Source: Caldisericia bacterium (GTDB lineage Bacteria > Caldisericota > Caldisericia > JAAYUI01). From it: a stretch of 64,000 nucleotides of DNA. Numbering within the stretch: the first letter of the stretch is position 1; each line of letters opens with the position of its first letter. A model generated the notes under the pieces. The model worked only from the letters and a program-made list of their open reading frames with translations, made no database searches and was not told the origin of the DNA. Made by a program: the position numbers and the translations under genes. This document shows, one piece after another, positions 17,926 through 27,560 of the stretch. Location of the stretch: contig OY771555.1 in the NCBI GenBank assembly GCA_963674785.1, forward strand, positions 2,112,001-2,176,000, read 5' to 3'.

Positions 17926-19035
17926 ATGAACACAGAGTTCTTGATTCTGGCGGTTAATCCCGGTAGCACATCCACGAAAATGGCGTTGTTTAATAATGAA
18001 GAGAAAGTCTTTGAAGAGACCCTTAGGCATGACAGCGATGAGTTAAAAAAATACAAAGGAATCTGGGATCAGTTCGATTTTAGAAAAAATGTTATCGTTG
18101 ATTTCTTGAGAAATCATCCTTCAGGCATCAAGACTCTCTCTGCAGTTGTTGGGAGAGGCGGAATATTCAAACCAATCATCTCAGGCACATATGCTGTTAA
18201 CGAAGAGATGCTTGATGATGCAACAACAAACAAATATGGCGAACACGCATCAAACCTTGGATGTGCACTTGCAAAAGAAATATCAAAAGAATTTGGGAAT
18301 TGTCCATCTTTTATCGTTGATCCAACAACAACATGTGAATATCAGAGATTGTCTTTCTACTCAGGACATCCGGAGATACCAAGGAAATCTATCGCTCACG
18401 TTTTAAATATTCATGCAACAGCAAGAAAAGCAGCAACCGATCTTAAAATACCATATGAAAAATCTAGATTCATAGTTGTTCATATGGGTGGTGGAATTAC
18501 AGTGTCTGCCGTTGTTGGCGGAAAGATGATCGACAATAATAATGCAACCTGTGAGGGGCCATTTACTCCTGAACGAACTGGAAGTCTGCCCTCAACTCAG
18601 CTTGCAGAACTCTGTTTTTCTGGAAAATATACACTCCCCGAAATCAAGAAAATGATAATGGGTAAGGGTGGATTTGTTGCATATCTTGGCACAAACTCTG
18701 CTGCCAAAGTTCAGGAAATGGCAAATTCCGGGGATGAAAAAGCAAAAGAGATATATGAAGCACTAGTTTATCAGGTAGCCAAAGAAATCGGTGCATACTC
18801 AACAGTTCTCTGTGGAGAACTCGATGCAATTGTTTTAACCGGTGGACTTGCATACTCAGACATGATGATTGAGATGATAAAACCAAGAATCTCATTCCTT
18901 GGAAAAATTGTGAGATACCCGGGGGAAGATGAACTTGAAGCACTATCAGCTGGTGCCTTAAGGGTTTTATCCGGAAAAGAAGAAGCATTACCATACCCAA
19001 CATATGGTGAAAAGGAACCAGAATGGAATATCTAG
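17926..19035 (+). CDS. buk: Butyrate (branched-chain) kinase
   Basis: NPGSTSTK, GRGG, HASNLG, HMGGGI, GPFTPER and LTGGLA motifs. Confidence 0.93.
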   Translation: MNTEFLILAVNPGSTSTKMALFNNEEKVFEETLRHDSDELKKYKGIWDQFDFRKNVIVDFLRNHPSGIKTLSAVVGRGGIFKPIISGTYAVNEEMLDDATTNKYGEHASNLGCALAKEISKEFGNCPSFIVDPTTTCEYQRLSFYSGHPEIPRKSIAHVLNIHATARKAATDLKIPYEKSRFIVVHMGGGITVSAVVGGKMIDNNNATCEGPFTPERTGSLPSTQLAELCFSGKYTLPEIKKMIMGKGGFVAYLGTNSAAKVQEMANSGDEKAKEIYEALVYQVAKEIGAYSTVLCGELDAIVLTGGLAYSDMMIEMIKPRISFLGKIVRYPGEDELEALSAGALRVLSGKEEALPYPTYGEKEPEWNI

Positions 19036-19787
19036 GAATTCAAACAGACCTAACAGATTCAATCTTCACAATAACTTTCAACAGACCTGAGAGACTCAAC
19101 GCTCTCGATAGAAAAACACTCGAAGAACTTAACGATATCATAGACACTATTGAAAAAACTCCTGAGGTTAAAGTCGTAGTTGTTAAGGGGTCTGGAAAAG
19201 CATTTATAGCTGGTGCTGATATTTCAGCAATGGTGAATATGACAGGTGAACAGGCGGAAGAATTCTCAAGATACGGACAGGGAGTATTCCTTAGACTTGA
19301 AAATCTGGATATTCCCGTGATCGCCTCCATTAATGGATTCTGTCTTGGTGGTGGTTGCGAGCTTGCCATGGCTTGCGACATCAGGATTGCATCAGAAAAA
19401 GCAAAATTTGGTCAACCTGAGGTCAACCTTGGAGTCATCCCTGGTTTTGGTGGCACTCAAAGACTACCTCAACTTGTTGGCATTGGCAATGCAATAGACC
19501 TTCTCACAACTGGTCGCATAATCAAGGCAAAAGAAGCCATCAAGATGGGTCTGCTCCAAAAAGTTGTAGAACCAGAAGAACTCGATCAATTTGTTCTAGA
19601 TATGGCAAAACTCCTGACATCAAAATGTAGAAATGCGGCTGTCATAAACAAAAAGGCTGCAATGGCGAGCCAGCATGAACTGGATTATGAATATGAAGCT
19701 GAACAGTTTGGAGCGTGTTTTGAAAGAGGGGATGCAAAGATTGGAATGCAGGCATTCCTTGACAAAAAAGAACCTGAATGGAGGTAG
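19023..19787 (+). CDS. Enoyl-CoA hydratase (crotonase family)
   Basis: AFIAGADI, GGGCELAMACD and FGQPEVNLGVIPGFGGTQRL motifs. Confidence 0.93.
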   Translation: MEYLGIQTDLTDSIFTITFNRPERLNALDRKTLEELNDIIDTIEKTPEVKVVVVKGSGKAFIAGADISAMVNMTGEQAEEFSRYGQGVFLRLENLDIPVIASINGFCLGGGCELAMACDIRIASEKAKFGQPEVNLGVIPGFGGTQRLPQLVGIGNAIDLLTTGRIIKAKEAIKMGLLQKVVEPEELDQFVLDMAKLLTSKCRNAAVINKKAAMASQHELDYEYEAEQFGACFERGDAKIGMQAFLDKKEPEWR

Positions 19788-19790
19788 ATA

Positions 19791-20333
19791 TTGGATCTTC
19801 CATCAAATTTAAGGGAAACTACATTAGCGGAACTCATTCAAATCGTTGAGGTATCTGGAAGAAGCGGAAGATTACAGATTCAAACACTTGAGTCTGATGA
19901 ACTCTCTTCAATCTACTTCAGCAAGGGACAGATCGTTCACGCCACAACAAATAGGAGTCAAGGGATCGACGCAATATGGGAGCTTTTTTCTTGGATTAGG
20001 GGACGTGTGATGTTTAATGATGGTGTTACTATGCCACCTCAAACAATAAAGCATGACAATTTTTTCCTTATCACAGAAGGATTGAAAAAAGCCATGAAGT
20101 CTCATGAGATAATGATCAACCTTCCACCGTTGGAGACGAAGCTCATTGTAAACAAGACTGGTCTTGAGACTCAAGATAAGTTAAGTCTTGATTCAACCGA
20201 TTGGAACTTCCTTATTCTTGTTGACGGCTCGAGAACTATCCAACAATTGATTGACGACAGCCAGATGAGTGCTTCAGTAACAGGTCAGCTCATAATGAAG
20301 CTTCTGCAACAGAAGGTGATTATACCAGCATGA
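19791..20333 (+). CDS. DUF4388/PATAN-like domain protein
   Basis: LAELIQ...SGRL...IYFSKGQIVHA...GIDAIWELFSW pattern; C-terminal wHTH-like segment (VDGSRTIQQL). Confidence 0.7.
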   Translation: MDLPSNLRETTLAELIQIVEVSGRSGRLQIQTLESDELSSIYFSKGQIVHATTNRSQGIDAIWELFSWIRGRVMFNDGVTMPPQTIKHDNFFLITEGLKKAMKSHEIMINLPPLETKLIVNKTGLETQDKLSLDSTDWNFLILVDGSRTIQQLIDDSQMSASVTGQLIMKLLQQKVIIPA

Positions 20334-22741
20334 TTAAAAATAAGTTTTTTGTCATATTGTCAATAATTATATCCCTGATTTTTGTAACGCTATTTGTAGG
20401 AATTCAAGCTCAAACATCCGAAACAGATATTATTGGAATGCTCTCGGACAGAGCTCATTTCAAATATCCTAGATCAATTTTTGTTGATGATGATGAAAAA
20501 AAAATGATTGTTGCTGATACCGGAAATGGACTGATCAAGATACTCAATAAAGAGGGTGAATACATTGGTTCTTTTGGGGAAGACTTCTCGATGTACCCCA
20601 CAAAAGTTATCAAGGATTCTGGCTCAAGATACATCGTATGTGACCCAGAAAACGGAAGGATTTCGTTCTTTGACCGACGTGGTGAATTCATTGATAACAT
20701 GCATTTTTCAGAAAACCCAGAATGCGGTGTCATCAGGCCAATCTCCCTGACATACAATTCAAAGGGTGAGATGCTTGTTTTAGACAACGAAACCTCCCAA
20801 GTTAAGGTTTTTGGCTCAACAGGAATGTTTCTCTTCTCGGTAAGCCGGGAAGGTTCAGAAGATGGTGAGCTTTTAAAACCTGTTGATTTAACAACAGATA
20901 CAAACGATGATGTTTACGTTGTTGACAACGGCAACAACAGGATTTGTGTTTTTAATTCAGTCGGTAATTTCATAAAAAACATTGGAAGTGGAGAGCTCAG
21001 TTCTCCCTCCGCAATTTGTGTTACCGGAAACAATGTCTATGTGTCTGACACAGGAAACTCACAGATTAAGGTTTTCTCAAAAAGTGGTAGCATAACAAAA
21101 ACAATAGGTGAGTTTGGAATCGAGAGTGGACAATACAGATATCCAACAGGTTTTGTTGTTGAAGATGATGGCTCGATATGGGTATCAGATACTGGAAATA
21201 GCAGAATACAAAAAATCAAGAATGACAAGCACATTCTGACTGTTGGACTGGAAGGTTCGGCTCTATGGCCAAAGGGCTTAAAAGCGACAGATAATTACAT
21301 CTTTGTAGCCGAATCAAGCTCTGATGCTGTAAACGTTTACTCCGCTGAAACTGGAGAGCATATCATAAGTGTTGGATCACAGGGAACAAGTTCAACAAAT
21401 CTCAAAAAACCTGAGGACTGCGATATTTCTACAAGAGGTGATCTTGTTGTTTGCGACACTGGAAACAGTCGAATTCAAATCTACTCACTTGATGGGGATC
21501 ACCTTTTTGGATTTGGTGGTGAAGGAGATGGTCCAGGTGAATTCAGAAATCCTGGAGGAATCGGAATTGACAGAGATTCTGGCAACATCTATGTGGCAGA
21601 TACAGGTAATTCAAGGATTGTTTCAGTTTCAATGAGTGGAACGTGGATAGACTCTATTGATGAGAAACTAACAAAACCGACTGATGTTGCAATCGACACC
21701 CAAGGAAATGTTTGGGTAGTTGATGAAGAACTCGGAGAGGTCTTAATCTTTAACCCAGAGGGTGATTTTGAAAAATCACTTACCGATGAAGCCTTTTCAA
21801 AACCTACCTCAATCACAATCGATGAATTTGGAAGAGTGTTCATTTGTGATGCTGGGGTTTCTAATATCAGAGTCTTCTCAGAAAGCGGAATCGAACTTGG
21901 AAGCTTTGGTGAATACGGTGGTCCTCTGACAGACTTAAATGCTTTCTCAGAGGAGAAAAACACCGAACTCTTAAACAAACCAAATGGAATCTCTATTCAT
22001 GGAACACACGCATATATTTCCGACACGGCAAACAGTAGAATTGTAAGAGTTCCACTTTCAAAGTTTGGTGGACTCCCAAGGCTGTTTGTTGACACCGAGG
22101 AAATCACTTTCAGTAAAGTCCCACTTTCAACAAAAAGGTCTCAGATAATTCATGTTATAAACAATGGAAACGGCACCATTAGCGGAACAATTGAAGCTGA
22201 CCAAGATTGGGTTGAAATTACACCTAATGAATTTGATGGTGAAGCAGAAATCACAGTTTGGGTCAATGGTGAGAAAGCTCGGGAAGGATTGAGAGAGGCT
22301 GAGATCACTGTGATTTCAAATGGTGGAATCTTCAAAATACCTGTTTCTTCAAACTTCTTTTCGGGTACAGTAAAACGAATAGTCATGATGGATGGTCACA
22401 ACAACATAGAAGCAAACGGTAAAGAAATATACGTTTATCCATCCATGTATATTGATAAAAACTACTTCAGACGCTACGTTCATTTTAGGTTTATTGGTGA
22501 AGAGCTCGGAGCAAAAGTTACATATGACGGTAGATATATTAATTACTTCCTTGAAGGAAAAACCTTAAAACTAAAAATAGACTCGAAAGAAGCAGTCATC
22601 AATGGCGAAAAGACCCAAGCTAACTCTCCCGCGTACCTTTTCAATAAAAAGTATCCAGTTGTCCCACTAAGGTTTGTTGTCGAATCACTCGGGGCATCCT
22701 TGATGAATGTAGAAGATAAATTCATCGTTGAATATCCATAA
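20330..22741 (+). CDS. Secreted NHL-repeat beta-propeller protein with Ig/BACON-like and C-terminal copper-amine-oxidase-N (stalk) domain
   Basis: Signal peptide; many P-x-x-I...YV(A/S)DTGNxRI repeats; C-terminal VVPLRFVVESLGA. Confidence 0.85.
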   Translation: MIKNKFFVILSIIISLIFVTLFVGIQAQTSETDIIGMLSDRAHFKYPRSIFVDDDEKKMIVADTGNGLIKILNKEGEYIGSFGEDFSMYPTKVIKDSGSRYIVCDPENGRISFFDRRGEFIDNMHFSENPECGVIRPISLTYNSKGEMLVLDNETSQVKVFGSTGMFLFSVSREGSEDGELLKPVDLTTDTNDDVYVVDNGNNRICVFNSVGNFIKNIGSGELSSPSAICVTGNNVYVSDTGNSQIKVFSKSGSITKTIGEFGIESGQYRYPTGFVVEDDGSIWVSDTGNSRIQKIKNDKHILTVGLEGSALWPKGLKATDNYIFVAESSSDAVNVYSAETGEHIISVGSQGTSSTNLKKPEDCDISTRGDLVVCDTGNSRIQIYSLDGDHLFGFGGEGDGPGEFRNPGGIGIDRDSGNIYVADTGNSRIVSVSMSGTWIDSIDEKLTKPTDVAIDTQGNVWVVDEELGEVLIFNPEGDFEKSLTDEAFSKPTSITIDEFGRVFICDAGVSNIRVFSESGIELGSFGEYGGPLTDLNAFSEEKNTELLNKPNGISIHGTHAYISDTANSRIVRVPLSKFGGLPRLFVDTEEITFSKVPLSTKRSQIIHVINNGNGTISGTIEADQDWVEITPNEFDGEAEITVWVNGEKAREGLREAEITVISNGGIFKIPVSSNFFSGTVKRIVMMDGHNNIEANGKEIYVYPSMYIDKNYFRRYVHFRFIGEELGAKVTYDGRYINYFLEGKTLKLKIDSKEAVINGEKTQANSPAYLFNKKYPVVPLRFVVESLGASLMNVEDKFIVEYP

Positions 22742-23445
22742 TGAGCTCGTTTAAAATCCTAAACTCCAAGAATTGGTTTCTTGGTTCAGTTGATGATCTG
22801 ATTGAAGAGATTAGGTGTTCAGGTAAGCAGCTTTTTATAGTCACAGCCAACCTTGAGACAATCTCAAAATGCAATAGAGACGATGGGTTTTTAAGTATTT
22901 GTCTATCCGCCGATATAATCATCCCAGATGGGATCGGTTCGGTTCTTATGTTGAAAAGAATCGGTAAAAAACCAGAAGAAAAGGTTCCTGGATTTGAACT
23001 TGCATCGAAACTTCTTGAGAGATCAACCCAAGAAACAAAGGTTTTTTTGTTCGGTTCGTCTTCTGAGGTACTGGAAAAAGCTTCAGAGCATATAAAAGGG
23101 AACATTACAGTTGCAGGCACAAACCCTGGCTTCAGATTTACTTCAGCAGACGTTGTAAAAAAAATCAATGATTCGGAAGCTGAACTTCTTTATGTCGCAC
23201 TCGGAATACCCAAACAAGAAAAGTGGATTTATAATAACCATGATAAACTTTCAAAAGTAAAGGTCTTAATGGGAGTGGGGGGAACTTTTGATATCTGGGC
23301 TGGAACAAAAAAACGTGCTCCAAAATGGATTTGTAAAATTGGTTTTGAATGGTTATGGAGAATACTTTCTGAACCATTTGCTAGAATCCCACGGTTTATG
23401 AAAAGTTTCGGGACATTTATAAGGATAATGATTTTCGGAAAATGA
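22741..23445 (+). CDS. tagA: WecB/TagA/CpsF-family glycosyltransferase (ManNAc transferase)
   Basis: VTAN, PDGIG, VALGIPKQE, GVGGTFD and RAPKW...EWLWR motifs. Confidence 0.88.
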   Translation: MSSFKILNSKNWFLGSVDDLIEEIRCSGKQLFIVTANLETISKCNRDDGFLSICLSADIIIPDGIGSVLMLKRIGKKPEEKVPGFELASKLLERSTQETKVFLFGSSSEVLEKASEHIKGNITVAGTNPGFRFTSADVVKKINDSEAELLYVALGIPKQEKWIYNNHDKLSKVKVLMGVGGTFDIWAGTKKRAPKWICKIGFEWLWRILSEPFARIPRFMKSFGTFIRIMIFGK

Positions 23446-24497
23446 AGCATCTGTCAGTCTGGGGGTATTACGGGTTTGGAAATGTCGGCGATGAAGCACT
23501 TTTATCAGCGCTTGCAAGAAACCTTCAAACCGAAAGGCTTTCGATTTTTTCGGGCAACACTAATTCAGTTCTAGACCATAAACATTTTGCATTTGAATCA
23601 AGAAATCCAAAAAACCTTTTTTCAGTGATCAAAAAAACAGATGGTTTCGTTCTTGGTCCCGGTGGTCTTCTTCACGAGAGAAAAAACGCAAAGGGAACGT
23701 GGTATCATCTTGCTGGAGCATTTGCTTCGCAGCTTTACAAAAAACCTTACTGTGCAGTTGGCCAACAAATCGGTTCATTTTCCAGAAGCTCAACAAAACT
23801 CCTCGTTAAGCAGGGACTTAGAAAAGCAAGCTTTATTTCGGTAAGGGATGAAAAATCATTTTCTGAAGCCAAGACATTAAATCTTAAGCCAACGCTTTCC
23901 GCCGATTTTGCATTCCTTCTCGAATCAGATGAACCATCAAAGGAAATCGCAGAAAAAATAAGAAAACTACCTAAACCAAGATTTATATTCGCACCAGCAA
24001 TTTCTGAAAACTTCACACCAGACATCAAGGCAACATCGAACATGCTTAACCAGATACTTGAAAAAACAAGCGGATCGCTGGTAATGATTCCATTTTTTCA
24101 AAGGAAAGATGACAAGACTATTTCTGAAATTTCCCCACTAATAAAATCAAGAAATCTCTTGTCTCTTGTTAGTCCAATCTCCTGGCAAGACGCTTTTGGG
24201 GTTTTTAGAATGGTCAATTTCTCAATACCAATAAGACTTCACTCCATGATAGCGTCAGCCCTTTCTGGTATTCCATTTCTTCCAATTGTTTACCACGAAA
24301 AAATCAAATCGATCGGATGCGATCTTGGTTGTGGTTATTTTATTGAAGACTTAGGTAACATCGAGAATACGTTTGATGAGTTTTACAAAAAAATTGGCGA
24401 ATCAAAAAAAGAAATACCCAAAATGGTTTTAAAAATGAGAGAGCGTGCAGGTATTTCAGTTAAACTGCTCAGAGCATTCATTGATGAAATTGATTGA
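23442..24497 (+). CDS. csaB: Polysaccharide pyruvyl transferase (CsaB-like)
   Basis: GYYGFGNVGDEA, GGLL, SVRD and RLHS motifs; adjacent to tagA. Confidence 0.8.
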   Translation: MKHLSVWGYYGFGNVGDEALLSALARNLQTERLSIFSGNTNSVLDHKHFAFESRNPKNLFSVIKKTDGFVLGPGGLLHERKNAKGTWYHLAGAFASQLYKKPYCAVGQQIGSFSRSSTKLLVKQGLRKASFISVRDEKSFSEAKTLNLKPTLSADFAFLLESDEPSKEIAEKIRKLPKPRFIFAPAISENFTPDIKATSNMLNQILEKTSGSLVMIPFFQRKDDKTISEISPLIKSRNLLSLVSPISWQDAFGVFRMVNFSIPIRLHSMIASALSGIPFLPIVYHEKIKSIGCDLGCGYFIEDLGNIENTFDEFYKKIGESKKEIPKMVLKMRERAGISVKLLRAFIDEID

Positions 24498-25148
24498 TGA
24501 CATACTTGATTTCATCTACCCACCAGTTTGTGTTATCTGCGAAAAACCTGGAAAACACGCTCTCTGTAATGACTGTCTCATCCAGCTTGAACCAAAACCC
24601 GAAATCTACTCTCTAAGATTGTTCAATGTTTTAACGATTCTTCCTTATGAAAACGTGGTAAGAGACCTAATCCACAAAATGAAATTTGAGAGCCACGACC
24701 GACTTGGGATTTTACTTGCAGAACTTGCAGCCCCATACCTTCAAAACCTCGGTGAAAGAATACTAATTCCTGTTCCAATTCACCCACTGAGGCTCAGGAA
24801 ACGAGGGTTTAATCATTCCGAAGTGATTGCAAAACGAATTGCAAAGATTCTGGGCTGGAAATGCAATAGCAGACTTCTGAAAAGGACAAAAAATACAAAT
24901 CCACAATTCCAAACAAATCTTGAAGACAGAGCTGAAAACGTTAAAAATGCTTTCAGTTTAAACCGGTTTCAAAAATTGATAAAGACAAGCATTACATGCT
25001 TGCCGATGATATTATGACAACATCTTCAACATTGCAAAGCTGTGCAGCGACCCTTTTTAAAGCAGGGATAACCAGACTTGATGCTCTTGCCATAACAAAT
25101 GCTACTGCATCTCCCTCAATTATTGTTGATTCGGATTACTTCATGTGA
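24484..25148 (+). pseudogene. comF: ComF-family phosphoribosyltransferase split by a -1 frameshift near 24960
   Basis: Frame 1 has CxxC...CxxC, PVP and RGFNHS, and stops at 25017. The PRPP motif MLADDIMTTSST lies in the -1 frame, which ends at TGA 25146-25148. Confidence 0.8.
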
Positions 25149-25189
25149 TAGCTTCACTGCCATTGACGAAGATTCGGAGGATTTAAGAG

Positions 25190-25747
25190 TTGAACACAAT
25201 AAAAGAGATGATTAAACGACCCTTCACATCGTTTGGAATATCTGTCATTGGAGTAATGACAGCCATGGCGATTATTGTTACAAGGTTCTTATCATATTTT
25301 CCAGTACAACATATTCGAGTCGACCCAGCTGGTCCTGCAATAATAATGATGGCTGGGATGTTTCTTGGACCAATCGGAGGAGCACTCGTTGGAGGTTTAT
25401 CTGACATAGTGGGAATACTCATTTTTAACCCAACACCAGGAGCCTGGAACCCATTAATCTTTTCGGGTCAGGTAGCTTATGGATTTGTCGCAGGTCTACT
25501 CTTCATGAAAAAATGGAATCCAAAAGACTCAAAGAGCGTTTTCCAGATCATTACAACTGTTGCCTCAGCACAATTGGTTGGCTCCACACTAATCACTCTT
25601 GGCGTTTGCTTTCTATATGGATTACCTTTTGTGGGAACATTTTTGACGAGATTGTCAATGCAACCTTTATTTATTGGCTTATATGCAATGATCTGTATTT
25701 TGGTAGTCCAACCTGTCGAATCAATCCTTCCATGGAGTAGAAAATAA
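25190..25747 (+). CDS. ECF transporter S-component (folate/FolT-like)
   Basis: Multi-TM protein with AMAII, GMFLGPIGGALVGGLSDIVG and YGFVAG motifs. Confidence 0.75.
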   Translation: MNTIKEMIKRPFTSFGISVIGVMTAMAIIVTRFLSYFPVQHIRVDPAGPAIIMMAGMFLGPIGGALVGGLSDIVGILIFNPTPGAWNPLIFSGQVAYGFVAGLLFMKKWNPKDSKSVFQIITTVASAQLVGSTLITLGVCFLYGLPFVGTFLTRLSMQPLFIGLYAMICILVVQPVESILPWSRK

Positions 25748-26154
25748 TGAAAGTTATTCTTAAAAATAAACGTTGCATGTGACCAGCCTGTGCCTTACAG
25801 GTAGAGGAATCGGTTCGATTCTTAAATGGTGTTGAGAAGGTGGAAAAGCTCCTTTTTGGAGCATTTGAAATTGCTTTTGATGATCAAGCAGTTAAGGTTT
25901 CTGAACTTGAAAGTCGAATGTCAATCGCAGGATTTCCTCCGGAGGATGAAATGAGAGTAGAATTATCAGTTCCTGGAATTATGTGTGAAGTTTGTGCTGG
26001 AAAAGTCAAAGATAATCTATCAGTACTTTCAGGTATTGAAACAGTCAATATAAACATAAAAAATAAAACTGTAGCAGTCGATTTCGACAAATCAAAATTG
26101 ACTGTTGACGATATCAAAAATAAACTCTCAGAGATTGGTTATCCAGCAGATTAA
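25747..26154 (+). CDS. Two-domain heavy-metal-associated (CopZ-like) protein, putative selenoprotein (UxxC + CxxC)
   Basis: ATG 25747 overlaps the upstream TAA. Reads MKVILKNKRCM-UGA-PACALQVEESVRFLNGV, in frame with the tracked ORF that contains GIMCEVC. Confidence 0.8.
25805..25823 (+). promoter_or_regulatory. Candidate bacterial SECIS hairpin
   Basis: AGGAATCG-GTT-CGATTCTT; the apical loop starts with G, 30 nt after the in-frame UGA. Confidence 0.55.
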
Positions 26155-27500
26155 CTAGAGTAACTGGTTACCTTTTGGGCACCAATTGAATATGTGTGGT
26201 CAACATATAATTTAACGAACTTTTTTGTGTCTGATATTGTCCTAAAACATGACCTTCCAGACATAGTGCTATTTTGATGAAGTGCTTGAGCAACACATCC
26301 GCCCCCACAAATTGGGAGGAGAACACAATTTTTTTCTGCGCATTCAAGGATTTTTTGTTTTCCTCCTGCCAACCAATTTTTCTCTTTTTTGGTATCAAAG
26401 AATGATTTGCCGTTTATATTTCCTACGCAAAAAGTCTGGTTATTGATATGCTCCCAACAATGATTTATCTCACCTTTTGGCCCAATTGCAAAAAACCCTT
26501 TTGAGTATGCCCCACACAGCATTGGAGCAATCAAGTACTTGAAATAACTTCTTTTATCTCCACCACAGAATCCATTTTCAACAATCTTTTGCGTCCACTG
26601 ACCAATCTCTGAAAAATACTTTTTACTTGATATACAATCAACCTCATACTTCTCGGAGCTCTCTGTCATTTTGGTTATTGGATAGGTATAAACAGATAGA
26701 TTCCTGAGATTTGATAAACCTTCTTTTTTCAAATCGTCCAGTAACTCATCAATTGAGCCTTCATTTTCTGAATCAACATTAATTCTTATTTCTATGTTTT
26801 TGATTCCAATATCTACAGCCTTTTTTATCCCCGTTATTACATCTGAGTATGATGCAGATCCATCTGAATATGGTCTCTCCTTGTTATGAAATCTTTTTGC
26901 TCCATGCAAGGTAACTTGCAATCGATTTAAACAAATTTCAGAATGTAGTCTTTCAAGTTCCTTTTCAATAAGAGATCCATTTGAAATTATTCCCCAATAC
27001 TGATTGATATCTGGAAAAGCATTATCAATGAATTTCTTTAAATCTATGAAATATTCAGGATACATTAGTGGTTCACCACCATAGCAATTGATGGTAATCT
27101 TCTTGACATCCAACCTAACAACTTGATCTTTAATGAAATCCTTGAGCCTATTAAAGGACTCTTGACTTATTGGTTCAATGTTGGTCCGACTTTCATAACA
27201 ATATGGGCAGCCAAAATTACAATCCATTGATAGCGCAAAAACAATATCAAGTGTCCCGGGGTTTTCAAATCTATTCAAAAATCTCTCAACAACCCATTTT
27301 TTTTCATCAAAACCGTCATCAACAAGAAAACCGGTCTTTTTTAAGTCAGCCAAAATATTTAAGTTCGAATGAAATCGATCTTCTTCAATAGCCCTAACAA
27401 CTTCATTCGATAAAATAATCACAGAGCCAGAAAGTGTTGAAAAAAGAATCATATTCTCATTATTATATTTGACCTTCAATAAGTAATTTGTAAATCTCAT
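26151..27500 (-). CDS. Radical SAM/SPASM peptide maturase with N-terminal RRE-like region
   Basis: CNFGCPYC and YGGEP motifs; SPASM C-x13-G-x4-C...CxxxxC-x5-C-x3-C...C; SD GGAGGAG before ATG 27500. Confidence 0.9.
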   Translation of the reverse strand: MRFTNYLLKVKYNNENMILFSTLSGSVIILSNEVVRAIEEDRFHSNLNILADLKKTGFLVDDGFDEKKWVVERFLNRFENPGTLDIVFALSMDCNFGCPYCYESRTNIEPISQESFNRLKDFIKDQVVRLDVKKITINCYGGEPLMYPEYFIDLKKFIDNAFPDINQYWGIISNGSLIEKELERLHSEICLNRLQVTLHGAKRFHNKERPYSDGSASYSDVITGIKKAVDIGIKNIEIRINVDSENEGSIDELLDDLKKEGLSNLRNLSVYTYPITKMTESSEKYEVDCISSKKYFSEIGQWTQKIVENGFCGGDKRSYFKYLIAPMLCGAYSKGFFAIGPKGEINHCWEHINNQTFCVGNINGKSFFDTKKEKNWLAGGKQKILECAEKNCVLLPICGGGCVAQALHQNSTMSGRSCFRTISDTKKFVKLYVDHTYSIGAQKVTSYSS

Positions 27501-27517
27501 TGCTCCTCCACTAAAAT

Positions 27518-27547
27518 ACTGGGGTGGAAACATGTTTCCACCCCAGT
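27518..27547. terminator. Perfect 30-bp palindrome between precursor and maturase (terminator/RNA-stabilising hairpin)
   Basis: ACTGGGGTGGAAACATGTTTCCACCCCAGT, followed by ATTTT on the minus strand. Confidence 0.75.
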
Positions 27548-27560
27548 CCCCAACATTAAC

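Noticed and set aside
20330-22050. Repeated DTGN-encoding DNA as a CRISPR or tandem array
   Set aside because: These are degenerate protein-level NHL repeats, not identical nucleotide repeats with spacers.
25149-25189. THF or other riboswitch ahead of the ECF S-component
   Set aside because: The gap is only about 40 nt and has no recognisable aptamer.
25840-26154. Tracked 104-aa start for the HMA protein
   Set aside because: It begins mid-domain; the upstream ATG 25747 plus UGA read-through gives two complete HMA domains.
27501-27533. Tracked N-terminal extension MFPPQYFSGGA of the rSAM
   Set aside because: That ATG lies in the centre of the palindrome; the SD points to ATG 27500.
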